From: Candidatus Latescibacterota bacterium | GTDB taxonomy: Bacteria; Krumholzibacteriota; Krumholzibacteriia; WVZY01; JAKEHA01 | NCBI GenBank assembly: GCA_963707635.1 | Contig: OY970173.1 | Location: 1,120,001 to 1,184,000, forward strand | Length of the DNA: 64,000 nucleotides | Direction of reading: 5' to 3' | In this document: positions 46,892 through 57,088 of the stretch, piece after piece | Layout of the letters: each line of letters begins with the position of its first letter | Numbering within the stretch: position 1 is the first letter of the stretch | The notes under the pieces: generated by a model | Told to the model about the DNA's origin: nothing | The model's database searches: none | What the model saw: the letters and a program-made list of their open reading frames with translations, nothing else | Translations under genes and position numbers: made by a program

Positions 46892-47437
46892 ATGTCGCAC
46901 GGAACCCACGCACTCGTCGCCACCGGCAAGCCGTTCGCGTTCTCGCACGAGAACGAGGCGAAACTCGCCGACCTTCTCACCAAATACCCGACCAAGCGCG
47001 CGGTGGTCCTTCCGGCCCTGTGGCTGGCGCAGGAGCAGGAGGGACACCTGCGCATCGAATCGATGGAGTACGTGGCGAAGCGGCTCGAGCAGTCCGCCGT
47101 GTCGGTGTTCGCGGTGGTCGAGTTTTATACCATGTTCAAGACCGAGCCGATGGGGAAGCACCACATCCAACTATGTCGCACGCTCTCCTGCACCATGCGC
47201 GGGTGCGAAGACCTCCAGGGGCTGATCGAGCGCAAACTCGGCATCGGTCCCGGCGAGAAGACGCCCGACGGAACCTTCAGCTTCGAAACGGTGGAGTGCC
47301 TGGGGTCGTGCGGGACGGCGCCCATGATGCGGATGGACAAACGCTACTGGGAGAACCTCACGGTCGACAAGCTCGAGCGCATCATCGAGGCGTGCCGCCA
47401 GGGGCGCGACCCGTCGTCGGAGGACTTCAGCCGCTAA
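46892..47437 (+). CDS. nuoE: NADH-quinone oxidoreductase subunit E
   Basis: FYTMF, CRTLSC, ECLGSCGTAP. Confidence 0.95.
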   Translation: MSHGTHALVATGKPFAFSHENEAKLADLLTKYPTKRAVVLPALWLAQEQEGHLRIESMEYVAKRLEQSAVSVFAVVEFYTMFKTEPMGKHHIQLCRTLSCTMRGCEDLQGLIERKLGIGPGEKTPDGTFSFETVECLGSCGTAPMMRMDKRYWENLTVDKLERIIEACRQGRDPSSEDFSR

Positions 47438-47451
47438 CCGGTCGAACCGCC

Positions 47452-48777
47452 ATGTCCAAGAAGATCATCAGCAGCCGGTTCGACACGCCGAACAACCACA
47501 CCCTCGCCACCTACCAGGCGAACGGTGGCTATGGCACGCTCAAGAAGCTCTTCGCCATGAAGCCCGACGCCGTGACCGAGGAAGTGAAGCGCTCGGGGCT
47601 GCGCGGCCGCGGCGGCGCGGGCTTTCCGACCGGCATGAAATGGAGCTTCGTCCCCAAGTCCACCGACAAGCCGAAGTACCTGTGCGTGAACGCCGACGAA
47701 GGCGAGCCGGGGACGTTCAAGGATCGGTTGATTCTGGAGCGCGACCCGCACGCGCTGATCGAGGGCATCATCATCTGCTGCTTTGCGGTCGGTATCAAAA
47801 CCGCCTACGTCTACATCAGAGGCGAGTACGATTTCCCGATCCTGCGCTTCTCGGCGGCGGTGAAAGAGGCCTACGCGAGCGGCTTGCTCGGGAAGAACAT
47901 CAAGGGCTCCGGCGTGGATCTCGATGTCGTGGTGCACAAGGGGGCGGGCGCCTACATCTGCGGCGAAGAAACCGGCCTGATCGAGTCGCTCGAAGGAAAG
48001 AAGGGCCAGCCGCGTCCGAAGCCGCCGTTCCCGGCGGTCATCGGCGTGTTCGGCTGCCCGACCGTCGTCAATAACGTGGAGACCCTCGCCGCGCTGCCCT
48101 GGATTCTCGAGCACGGCGCCGACGCCTACGCCGCGATCGGCACCGACAAGAGCAAGGGCACGATGCTGTTCTCGATCTCCGGCATGGTCGAACACCCCGG
48201 CGTCTACGAGGCCGACTTCGGCGTGAACCTCTGGGACTTCATCGAGCAGTCGACCGGCGGGGTCAAGGGCGGGAAGAAGCTCAAGGCCGTGATCCCGGGC
48301 GGGTCGTCGGCGGCGATTCTCACCGCCGACGAAGCGCGCAGCGTGAAGCTCGACTACGAGTCCATCGCGGCCGCCGGGTCGATGGTTGGCTCGGGCGCCA
48401 TCATGGTGCTGGACGAAGACACGTGCGTGGTGAAGGCGCTGGAAGTGGTGCTGCGTTTCTACGCGCACGAGTCGTGCGGTCAGTGCCCGCCGTGCCGCGA
48501 AGGGACGTACTGGCTCTACGAGATCGTCCACCGGATCCGCACCGGCAAAGGACGGCCGGAAGACATCGACCTGATGCTGTCGATCTGCCCGGACATGCTC
48601 GGCCGCACCGTGTGCGTGCTCGCGGACTCCGCGGCGATTCCCGCGGCGAGCTACATCAAGAAGTTCCGCTCCGAGTTCGAGGCCTATCATCGACAAGGCG
48701 AACCTGCCGACGCGCACTCTCCACCCGGGCGGCGTCAATCTGGAAGCGAGAGCGCTGTAGCTGCCCGCTCTACTTGA
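47452..48777 (+). CDS. nuoF: NADH-quinone oxidoreductase subunit F
   Basis: GLRGRGGAGFPTG, NADEGEPGTFKDR, YICGEET, HESCGQCPPCREG. Confidence 0.95.
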   Translation: MSKKIISSRFDTPNNHTLATYQANGGYGTLKKLFAMKPDAVTEEVKRSGLRGRGGAGFPTGMKWSFVPKSTDKPKYLCVNADEGEPGTFKDRLILERDPHALIEGIIICCFAVGIKTAYVYIRGEYDFPILRFSAAVKEAYASGLLGKNIKGSGVDLDVVVHKGAGAYICGEETGLIESLEGKKGQPRPKPPFPAVIGVFGCPTVVNNVETLAALPWILEHGADAYAAIGTDKSKGTMLFSISGMVEHPGVYEADFGVNLWDFIEQSTGGVKGGKKLKAVIPGGSSAAILTADEARSVKLDYESIAAAGSMVGSGAIMVLDEDTCVVKALEVVLRFYAHESCGQCPPCREGTYWLYEIVHRIRTGKGRPEDIDLMLSICPDMLGRTVCVLADSAAIPAASYIKKFRSEFEAYHRQGEPADAHSPPGRRQSGSESAVAARST

Positions 48778-51117
48778 GCAGCACCATCTTGTAGCGCGTG
48801 TCGCTCGCGTGGAAGTCACGCGCGCGAAGTACACGCCCGAGCCCACGACCCCTCCGTTCGCGTTCGTCCCGTCCCAGGCGGACGTGTACGCCCGCCGCGT
48901 CTTCTCCTCGTCGACCAGCGTCGCCACGCGCGCCCCTCGCGCGTCGTAGACGGCGATCGTCACGCGGCCCTTCGAGGGAAGCGTGTAACGAATCGTCGTC
49001 TCCGGGTTGAACGGATTGGGGTACGAGGAAATCGAGAGCACATAGGACTCCGGCGTTCCGTCCACGCCCGAGAGCGTATTGACCACCGCCGGCTTCCCTT
49101 CGTTACCGGAGAAGTCGGTGGCCGTCGCGAAGTAGAACGTGTACGGCGAGGCGGTGACGTCCATCGCCGGGGTGACCGTGTAGTCGATCAGCGTCGCCGA
49201 GGCGAAGGAGTTGGTGTTGGAGCCGTAGATGGAGAAGTAATCGAAATCCTCGGCGCCCGACTCGTCCCAGGAGAGTTGGCCGGCGCTGTAGGCGAAGCCG
49301 CCGGGAACACCGGGAGCGAGGTTGTCGAGCGAGTAGCCGCTGTCGGGAGCCGAATCGAAGTAGAGCGTGGGGCTGGCAGTCGCCGCGGTGACGTAGAACA
49401 CGGAGCGATACATCCCGAACGCGACCGTCGAGTCCGCGACGGTCGGCGCGGTCATGTAGTACTCGTTCTTTCCGTGCGCCGGTGCCGAGCCCGCGAAGAC
49501 CCAGCCCGGGGCTGTGGGTGAAGGTGCTCCCGGCGCATCCGTCACAACCGGTCCCGGCGCCGAGACCGCTCCCGCCGGCACCGGATCGAGGCGGCGGTAT
49601 GCGTCGTATCGTTCCACGGGTTTCGCCGCCACCGCGTCGTCGGCGGCGGAGCGCGTGAACCGGATCGTGACCTGGCGTCCCTGGTCGTTTCCGACGTCCG
49701 CGATGCTCTGGATCGACGGCTCCGCGAAGCCCGCGCCGAAGGCGGCCATGAACCAGTCGTAACCGCCGGCGCTGACGAGGTTGTCGCCGCCGAGGTTCAT
49801 CGTCTCCAAAAAGTAGCCCGCGATGTACGGATTGCCGCCGGCGCCCACGGCCATAGTGAGGATGTAATCGTCATAGAGGTTGCCGAACCCGGCGCTCCAT
49901 ACGTGGCCGCCCGCGGTCGTGAACTTCGCGATGAAGACGTCGTAGCTCTCGGCGCCGACCAGGTTGGCTCCACCGAAGTTGATTGCCCCCCAGAAACTGC
50001 CGCCCAGGATCCAGTTGCCCGACGGGTCGGCTGCAACCGTCATCGCGAACTGATCGGACGCGTCGCCGAAGCGCTTGCTCCACTGGGCCACGCCCGTGGA
50101 ATTGAACTTCGCCAGGAAGACGTCCTGAAGTCCGGTGCTGACCAACGGGGGACCTCCGCCGAAGGTGATCGTTCCGCTGAAGCTTCCGGCGAGCGCGACG
50201 TTCCCCGAGGCGTCGGTTGCCACGGCGCCTCCAAATTGACTGCTCGCGTCCCCGAATATCTGGCTCCACTGGTGCACGCCGGCAGAGTTGAGCTTGGCCA
50301 GAAACGCGTCGTATCCACCCGCGCTGGTGAGGTTCCCCCCACCGAAGTTGACCGTCCCGGAGAATCGACCCGCCACCAGGACGTTCGCGGATGCGTCGGT
50401 GGTCACCGAAGCTAGGGACTGGAAGCTCGCGTCCCCATATCGCTGGCTCCACTGGTGAACACCGGCGGAGTTGAACTTGACCAGGAACATGTCGTATCCA
50501 CCCACACTGGTCAGATTTCCCCCGCCAAAATTCAGGATCCCGTTGAAGGTCCCGCCGACGATCACGTTACCGGAGGCGTCGGTCGCCACCGCGTAGGCGT
50601 ACTGGTCGCTTCCATCTCCGAAGCGCTGACTCCATTGCAAGACTCCGAGCGAGTTGAATTTTGCGACGTAGACATCGAAGCTGCCCACGCTGACGAGGCC
50701 CCCGCCGCCCAGGTCCAGCGTTCCCGCGAAGCTTCCCACGACGATCACGTTCCCGGCGGCGTCGGTCGCCACTGCGTACGCGAACTGGCTGTCGAAGTCA
50801 CCGAAGCGCTTGCTCCACTGGTGAACGCCGGCGGCGTTGAACTTGGCCACCACGATATCCGTGTTTCCCGCGCTGGTCAGGTCGGCACCGCCGAGATTGA
50901 CGGTTCCCGAATAGTCGCCGGCCATCACGATGTTGCCGGAGGGGTCGACTGCCACGTGGATCTCATCCTCGTCGCTCGTGCCGCCGAGGCGCTGACTCCA
51001 CAGCGGGACCATGGTCGCGCCGAGCGAATGCGTTGGGTAGACGCACGGGACGACGAGGAGGGCGAAGAAGATGAGCGACTGGGTGAGGGCGGACCGATTC
51101 AGCAGGAAGATGCGCAC
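48770..51117 (-). CDS. Secreted beta-propeller protein with FlgD-Ig C-terminal domain (frameshift near 48800)
   Basis: Signal peptide; seven ~61-aa repeats; SYPNPFNP..GVYFARV. The expected ending YKMVLLK* lies in another frame, with its stop at 48770-48772. Start codon uncertain. Confidence 0.8.
49735..51000 (-). repeat. Seven intragenic ~183-bp repeats (SBBP-like propeller blades)
   Basis: Unit WS.RFGD...Q....VATDASGNV...G.F.G...FGG..L.S.G..D.F.AKFNS.G..Q. Confidence 0.85.
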
Positions 51118-51242
51118 GACTGCACCCCGCAGGTTGAAGGCACAGCAACTCACTGAGTGTAGCGTACCAACGGCCGCGACCGCGATCTGAAACTATCCCC
51201 GTGGCGCTCCGATGTGGGTATTGCCACACGCTTTGTCCTGCC

Positions 51243-51302
51243 TTGACACCCCCGTCCAGTCGGGGTAACGTGGCACCTCTAGCCTTGTGAAAAGCGGCAC
51301 AA
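51243..51302 (+). promoter_or_regulatory. sigma70 promoter of nuoG-N plus Rex-like operator
   Basis: TTGACA-17-TAACGT; TTGTGAA-AAGC-GGCACAA at 51285-51302. Confidence 0.6.
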
Positions 51303-51307
51303 CACCA

Positions 51308-52900
51308 ATGTCTGTTACTCTCACCATCGACGGTAAGACGGTCGAGGCGCCCGACGGCGCGCTCGTGATCGACGTTTGCCGCGAGATCGGCATCGACATC
51401 CCGCATTTCTGCTATCACCCCGGCCTCGGCCCCGACGGCAACTGCCGCATGTGCCAGGTCGAGTTCATGGGGGAGCGCGGGGGACGCCTCGCCATCTCGT
51501 GCAAGGCCGTCGTCACCGAGGGCATGGTCGTGGAGACCAACAGCCCGGCGGCGAAGAAAGCCCGTGCATCGGTCGAGGAGATGCTGCTGCTCAACCATCC
51601 GCTCGACTGTCCCATCTGCGACAAGGCCGGCGAGTGCTCGCTCCAGAACTACTATATGGAGCACGACCTGCAGGAAGGCCGGCAGGACTTCACCCGCTTC
51701 CGCAAGGACAAGGCGAAGGACATCGGACCCACGATGATCCTCGACCAGGAGCGTTGCGTGCTATGCGACCGTTGCGTACGGTTTCTCCGCGACGTTGCCA
51801 AGGACGAGCAGCTCTACATCGCGGGCCGCGGCCACGAGGCGTACATCACGACCTTTCCCGGGCAGGAAGTCACGAGCCCCTATTCGCTCAACACGGTGGA
51901 CCTGTGCCCGGTGGGCGCGCTTACCGCGAAGGACTTCCGCTTCAACTCGGCGACGTGGTTCTTGAAGAACACGAACTCGGTCTGCACGACGTGCGCGCGC
52001 GGGTGCAGCATGCAGGTGCAGACCAAGAAGGATCAGGTCTACCGGATTCGCCCGCGCCACAACCCGGACGTCAACGGCTACTGGGCGTGCGACGAGGGGC
52101 GCGTCAACTACCAGTTCGTCAACTCGGATCGCCTGCATCGGCCGTTCATGCGGCGGGGCTCGGAGATTATCGAGTGTTCGCTGCAAGAAGCCGTGGCGGA
52201 GATGCGTACCCTCCTGGGCTTCAAGCCAGCGGGTCCGATCGACGGCGCCGGGCCGGGTAAGGCGGTGGTGCTCGTCTCCGCGAACTCGACGCTCGAGGAG
52301 ATGTATCTCTTCCAGCGCCTGGCGAAGGAGTGCCTGAAGGCGCCGGTGTTCGTCGCGCGGCACATTCCGGACGGCGAGAACGATTTTCTGCTCCGCCGCG
52401 CCGACAAGCACGCGAACGCCAGGGGAGCCGAGATGCTGGGTCTGCGCGTGCTGGACCTCCAGAAAGGCAGCGACGACGCCGTGACGGGAGCGCTGGGAAG
52501 CGGCGGTGTGCTGATCGCGGTCGGGTTCAGCACGCATGTCGAGGCGCTCGCGCCGGCGCTCGCTCGCGCGAGCCACGTCATCGCGCTCTCGGGCTGCGTG
52601 TCGTCACTCACGGGGCTCGCGGACCTCGTGATTCCGGGCCTGACCTTCGCGGAGAAGGACGGCCTGGTGGTGAACTTCGAAGGGCACGTGCAGCAGCTTC
52701 GGGCCGCGATCGATTCCAGGGGTGAGACGGAGTGGCGCGTCGCCGACGCACTGCTGGCGTCGCTGCGCGGGACGAAACCGCACGAATCGGTTGCCCACGT
52801 CCGCAAAGCGATCATGGACGGCGTGCCGGCGTTTGCCGGCATCGACCTGGTGAAACTGGGTCCGACGGGTGTGCGCGCCACAGCGCAATCGGTAGCGTGA
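51308..52900 (+). CDS. nuoG: NADH-quinone oxidoreductase subunit G (short form)
   Basis: IPHFCYH..GNCRMC, HPLDCPICDKAGEC, CVLCDRC, CPVGAL, CTTCARGC..CDEGR. Confidence 0.9.
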   Translation: MSVTLTIDGKTVEAPDGALVIDVCREIGIDIPHFCYHPGLGPDGNCRMCQVEFMGERGGRLAISCKAVVTEGMVVETNSPAAKKARASVEEMLLLNHPLDCPICDKAGECSLQNYYMEHDLQEGRQDFTRFRKDKAKDIGPTMILDQERCVLCDRCVRFLRDVAKDEQLYIAGRGHEAYITTFPGQEVTSPYSLNTVDLCPVGALTAKDFRFNSATWFLKNTNSVCTTCARGCSMQVQTKKDQVYRIRPRHNPDVNGYWACDEGRVNYQFVNSDRLHRPFMRRGSEIIECSLQEAVAEMRTLLGFKPAGPIDGAGPGKAVVLVSANSTLEEMYLFQRLAKECLKAPVFVARHIPDGENDFLLRRADKHANARGAEMLGLRVLDLQKGSDDAVTGALGSGGVLIAVGFSTHVEALAPALARASHVIALSGCVSSLTGLADLVIPGLTFAEKDGLVVNFEGHVQQLRAAIDSRGETEWRVADALLASLRGTKPHESVAHVRKAIMDGVPAFAGIDLVKLGPTGVRATAQSVA

Positions 52901-52907
52901 ATAAGCA

Positions 52908-52951
52908 CGCGCGGGTGGCGCCGTGGGCTGTTGGCCGACAGGACCCGCGTG
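52908..52951 (+). repeat. Palindromic repeat, short copy C
   Basis: CGCGCGGGTGGCGCC...CCGACAGGACCCGCGTG. Confidence 0.7.
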
Positions 52952-52964
52952 AGAGTTAGCAAGA

Positions 52965-54257
52965 ATGCCTAACTGGATCGACTACGCGATCATCGGCGGC
53001 AAGGCCATCTTCATCTGGGGCTTTGCGCTCTTTCTATTGCCTGTACTCATCTGGTTCGAGCGCAAGGGCGCCGCGTTCATTCAGGACCGCGCCGGTCCGA
53101 ACCGCGCCGCGGTGATGGGCATCCGCCTCGCCGGCTTCATCCATAATATCGCCGACGTGGTAAAGCTCCTCATGAAGGAGATGATGATCCCGCCGCAGGT
53201 CAACCGCGCCTACTTCATGATCGCGCCGGTGCTCGGCTTCACGTTCATCCTGTCGGCCTTCGCCGTGATTCCGTGGGCGGACCGGCTCGTCGTCGCCGGG
53301 CGCGATATCTCGATGCAGGTCGCGGACCTCAACGCCGGCATCCTCTTCATCCTCGCCATCACCTCGCTCAACGTGTACGGCATCGTGCTGGCGGGGTGGT
53401 CCTCGAACAACAAGTTCGCGCTGATGGGCGGGCTGCGCTCCACCGCGCAGATGATCAGCTACGAGATCCCGCTCGGGTTGGCGCTGGTGGGCATTTTCAT
53501 GGTGTACGGGAGCGCGCAGCTCAACGAGATCGTGCGCGGCCAGGGGGAGCTGCTCTTCGGCTTTCTGCCCAGGTGGGGGCTGTTCGTGCAGCCGCTGGGT
53601 GCGATTCTCTTCATCGTGGCCGCCTTCGCCGAGACCAACCGCAACCCCTTCGATCTGCCCGAGGGCGAGTCGGAGATCGTCGCCGGCTACCACGTCGAGT
53701 ACAGCGGCATGCGGTTTGCGCTCTTCTATATGGGGGAATACGTCGCGATCGTGCTGTCGTCGGCGATGATCGCCACGCTGTACTTCGGTGGCTGGCAGGT
53801 GCCGTACTTTCCGACCGAAAAGATCGTGGCGGGTGCCAACACCTGGCTCAAGGTGATGCTGGGGGTGGGAGGCGTGGGCGCGCTGGGATTCGCGGGGCTC
53901 ATGTTCTTCTTTTCGCACCGCATCCGCGGCCGCTTCGGCGACATGCGCGAGCAGGAAGGGAACATCCTCGGCGCGGTCCACGTCGTGATCGGCGGCGCCA
54001 TGCTGTTTTTCTTCTGGAAGACGCTCGGCATGGGCCCGCTCCCCGATTGGGGCGCGCGCACGGTGGCCGCAGTGGCGCAGCTATCGGCCTTTGCGCTCAA
54101 GACCATCTTCTGGTGCTGGGTGTTTATCTGGGTGCGCTGGTCGCTGCCGCGTTTCCGTTACGACCAGCTCATGCGCCTGGGCTGGAAGAACATGATCCCG
54201 CTGGCGTTCGTGAACATCGTCGCCACCGCACTCGTGCTGCTGTGGGTGGGGCGGTAG
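52965..54257 (+). CDS. nuoH: NADH-quinone oxidoreductase subunit H
   Basis: ERK..AFIQDRAGPN, AQMISYE, AETNRNPFDLPEGESE, PRFRYDQLM. Confidence 0.95.
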   Translation: MPNWIDYAIIGGKAIFIWGFALFLLPVLIWFERKGAAFIQDRAGPNRAAVMGIRLAGFIHNIADVVKLLMKEMMIPPQVNRAYFMIAPVLGFTFILSAFAVIPWADRLVVAGRDISMQVADLNAGILFILAITSLNVYGIVLAGWSSNNKFALMGGLRSTAQMISYEIPLGLALVGIFMVYGSAQLNEIVRGQGELLFGFLPRWGLFVQPLGAILFIVAAFAETNRNPFDLPEGESEIVAGYHVEYSGMRFALFYMGEYVAIVLSSAMIATLYFGGWQVPYFPTEKIVAGANTWLKVMLGVGGVGALGFAGLMFFFSHRIRGRFGDMREQEGNILGAVHVVIGGAMLFFFWKTLGMGPLPDWGARTVAAVAQLSAFALKTIFWCWVFIWVRWSLPRFRYDQLMRLGWKNMIPLAFVNIVATALVLLWVGR

Positions 54258-54258
54258 G

Positions 54259-54753
54259 ATGCAGGCGGTGCTTTTCTATATTCTCGCCGGCTTCGCGGTG
54301 ATCGGCGGCCTGCTCATGGTGAGCCTCAAGAACCCGCTCTCGGGTGCCTTCGCGCTCATCCTCTCGCTGTGCTCGCTGGCCGGGCTCTTCGCCATGCTCC
54401 ACGCGGAGTTCGTCTTCATTCTCCAGATTCTGGTCTACGCCGGCGCCATCATGGTGCTCATCATCTTCACCATCATGCTGCTCAATCTCAAGAAAGAGGA
54501 GTTGGAAGAGGCCCCGGTCGGTTGGATGCGGCTCCTGCTCACCGCGACCGCCTGCGCGGCGGCGGCGTTTGCGGCCATCCAGATCTTCGGCGAGGTCACG
54601 CCCGTCAAGGTGGAGATGACGGCGGGCTTCGGCAGCATGGAGGCCGTCGGGCGCTCGATGCTCTCGGACTTCATCTATCCGTTCGAGGTGATCTCGCTGA
54701 TCCTGCTGGTGGCGATCGTCGGCGTCGTGCTGCTGGCGAAAAAGGTGATCTGA
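54259..54753 (+). CDS. nuoJ: NADH-quinone oxidoreductase subunit J
   Basis: [18 protein letters not shown]. Confidence 0.95.
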   Translation: MQAVLFYILAGFAVIGGLLMVSLKNPLSGAFALILSLCSLAGLFAMLHAEFVFILQILVYAGAIMVLIIFTIMLLNLKKEELEEAPVGWMRLLLTATACAAAAFAAIQIFGEVTPVKVEMTAGFGSMEAVGRSMLSDFIYPFEVISLILLVAIVGVVLLAKKVI

Positions 54754-54754
54754 C

Positions 54755-55066
54755 GTGGCCCCGATCGGACTGCAACACTATCTGTATTTGAGCGCCATCC
54801 TCTTCTTCATAGGAGCGTTCGGCGTGCTGTTCCGGCGCAACCTGCTCGTGATGCTGATGTCGATCGAGCTGATGCTCAACGCGGTGAACCTGTCCTTCCT
54901 CGCGTTCGCGCGCCACACGGTGGGGAATATCGACGGCCACGTGATCGCCTTTTTCGTGATGGCGCTGGCGGCGGCCGAAGCGGGCATCGGGCTGGCGATT
55001 CTGGTGATGCTGTTCCGCAACCGCACCACCGTTCAGGCCGACGATCTCACTCTAATGAGAGACTGA
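54755..55066 (+). CDS. nuoK: NADH-quinone oxidoreductase subunit K
   Basis: RRN...[19 protein letters not shown]. Confidence 0.95.
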   Translation: MAPIGLQHYLYLSAILFFIGAFGVLFRRNLLVMLMSIELMLNAVNLSFLAFARHTVGNIDGHVIAFFVMALAAAEAGIGLAILVMLFRNRTTVQADDLTLMRD

Positions 55067-57087
55067 TGAACGACCTGCTTTACTTGATCCCGCTGGCCCC
55101 GCTCGCGGGCGCGGCGTTGAACGGCCTCCTCGCGCTGGTCTTCGCGAAGCGCGAAAAGGGGCCGAACGAGCGCCTGGTGTCGCTCATCGGGTGCGTGGCG
55201 CCGCTGGTCTCATTCGCAATTGTGGTGAAACTGTTCATGGCCATGCGCGGGATGGCGCCCGAGGCGCGGCTGTTCGAGCAAACACTCTTTCCCTGGATCG
55301 CGGCCGGCCCGGTGACGATCGACGTGGCTTACTGGGTCGACGCGCTCTCGATGACGATGCTCCTGATCGTCACCGGCATCGGGTCGCTCATCCATATCTA
55401 TTCGGTCGGATACATGCACGGCGACCGCGGATTCGCGCGCTTCTTCTCCTACTTGAATCTATTCATGTTCGCCATGCTGACACTGGTGATGGCGAAGAGC
55501 CTCCCGCTCCTGTTCGTGGGCTGGGAGGGAGTGGGGCTGTGCTCGTACCTCCTGATCGGCTTCTGGTACAAGGACCTCGCCAACGCGGCTGCGGGCAAGA
55601 AGGCGTTCATCGTCAACCGGATCGGGGATCTCGCGTTCCTGATCGGCATGTTCATCCTGTTCGTGACGACGTGGCACCTCGGGCGCCCGTCGCTGGATGT
55701 GCCGGCGCTGCGCGAGATGGCGGCGGTACACGCCGACGCATTCGCGAAGGTGGGCGTGGCGGCGTGCGTGCTGCTCTTCATTGGCGCGTGCGGGAAGTCC
55801 GCGCAGATTCCGTTGTACGTATGGCTTCCGGACGCGATGGCGGGCCCCACTCCGGTGAGCGCGCTGATCCACGCTGCCACCATGGTGACCGCCGGCGTGT
55901 ACATGATCGCGCGGCTCAATTTCCTCTACGAGCTGGCACCGGCGGCGTCCACGATCGTGGCCGTGATCGGCGCGGCGACGGCGATCTTTGCGGCCACCAT
56001 CGGTTTCGCGCAGCGCGACATCAAGAAGGTGCTCGCGTATTCGACCGTGAGCCAGCTGGGCTACATGTTCCTCGCCGTGGGCGTGGGCGCGTACGCGGCG
56101 GGCGTGTTCCACCTGCTGACCCACGCCTTCTTCAAGGCGTGCCTGTTCCTCGGCGCCGGCTCCGTGATCCACGGGCTCTCGGGCGAGCAGGACATGTTCA
56201 AGATGGGGCAGCTCTCGAAGCACATGAAGATCACGTGGCTCACGTTCCTCGTCTCGGCGTTCGCGATCGCCGGCATTCCGCCGCTCGCGGGCTTCTTCTC
56301 CAAGGACGAGATCCTCTGGAGCGCGTTCAACTCGAACGCGGGGCCGGCCTGGCTGCCGATGACGCTCTGGTTCGTCGGGCTCGCCACGGCGGGCATGACC
56401 GCGTTCTACGTGTTTCGCGCCGTGTTCCTCGTGTTCTATGGGAAGGACAATGTGTCGCACGAAGCGAAACACCACCTGCACGAATCGCCGCCGGTGATGA
56501 CGCTCCCACTGGTGGTGCTCGCGACCGGGGCGGCACTGGTAGGCTTCCTCGGCGTGCCGGCTGCGCTGGGCGGCGGCAACGCGTTTCACCACTGGCTGGA
56601 GCCGGTGTTTGCGGGGCACGTGGGTGCGCACGAGATCGGCGTCGGGATGATGGGTGCTGCCGGCGCGGCCGAGTTCGCCGCCTCGGCCGGCGGCGAGCAC
56701 TCGAGCCTGGAGCTGGTGTTGATGGTGGTGTCCGTGCTGGTGGCGGGGGCCGGCATCCTGTTCGCGCACGGACTCTACGTGCGGGCCCCCGGCGGCGCCG
56801 CGGCGATCACGTCGCGCCTGGGCGGGTTTTACACGCTGGTGTTCAACAAGTACTACATCGACGAGCTCTACGAGCGCGCGATCGTCCGGCCCGGGTATGC
56901 GATCGCCGACAAGCTCATGTACAAGCTGATCGACGCCGGCATCATCGAGGGCATCGTCAACGGGCTCGGTATCACGGCCCGCCTGATCGGCGCGGTGGCG
57001 CGGCTGGTCCAGTCCGGAGTCGTTCGAACCTATGCGCTCTTCATGCTGGTCGGGTTCCTCTACCTCGTCTACTCCCTGGTGAAATAG
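55066..57087 (+). CDS. nuoL: NADH-quinone oxidoreductase subunit L
   Basis: GWEGVGLCSYLLIGFW, GKSAQ.PL..WLPDAMAGPTPVSALIHAATMV. Confidence 0.95.
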   Translation: MNDLLYLIPLAPLAGAALNGLLALVFAKREKGPNERLVSLIGCVAPLVSFAIVVKLFMAMRGMAPEARLFEQTLFPWIAAGPVTIDVAYWVDALSMTMLLIVTGIGSLIHIYSVGYMHGDRGFARFFSYLNLFMFAMLTLVMAKSLPLLFVGWEGVGLCSYLLIGFWYKDLANAAAGKKAFIVNRIGDLAFLIGMFILFVTTWHLGRPSLDVPALREMAAVHADAFAKVGVAACVLLFIGACGKSAQIPLYVWLPDAMAGPTPVSALIHAATMVTAGVYMIARLNFLYELAPAASTIVAVIGAATAIFAATIGFAQRDIKKVLAYSTVSQLGYMFLAVGVGAYAAGVFHLLTHAFFKACLFLGAGSVIHGLSGEQDMFKMGQLSKHMKITWLTFLVSAFAIAGIPPLAGFFSKDEILWSAFNSNAGPAWLPMTLWFVGLATAGMTAFYVFRAVFLVFYGKDNVSHEAKHHLHESPPVMTLPLVVLATGAALVGFLGVPAALGGGNAFHHWLEPVFAGHVGAHEIGVGMMGAAGAAEFAASAGGEHSSLELVLMVVSVLVAGAGILFAHGLYVRAPGGAAAITSRLGGFYTLVFNKYYIDELYERAIVRPGYAIADKLMYKLIDAGIIEGIVNGLGITARLIGAVARLVQSGVVRTYALFMLVGFLYLVYSLVK

Positions 57088-57088
57088 C

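Noticed and set aside
49735..51000. CRISPR array or other non-coding tandem array
   Set aside because: The periodicity is protein-coding propeller repeats; no identical short repeats with unique spacers were seen anywhere in the window.
47434..51153. 1239-aa ORF overlapping all of nuoF on the opposite strand
   Set aside because: Artefact of a frameshift near 48800; the natural end YKMVLLK* is at 48770 and the rest is antisense nuoF.
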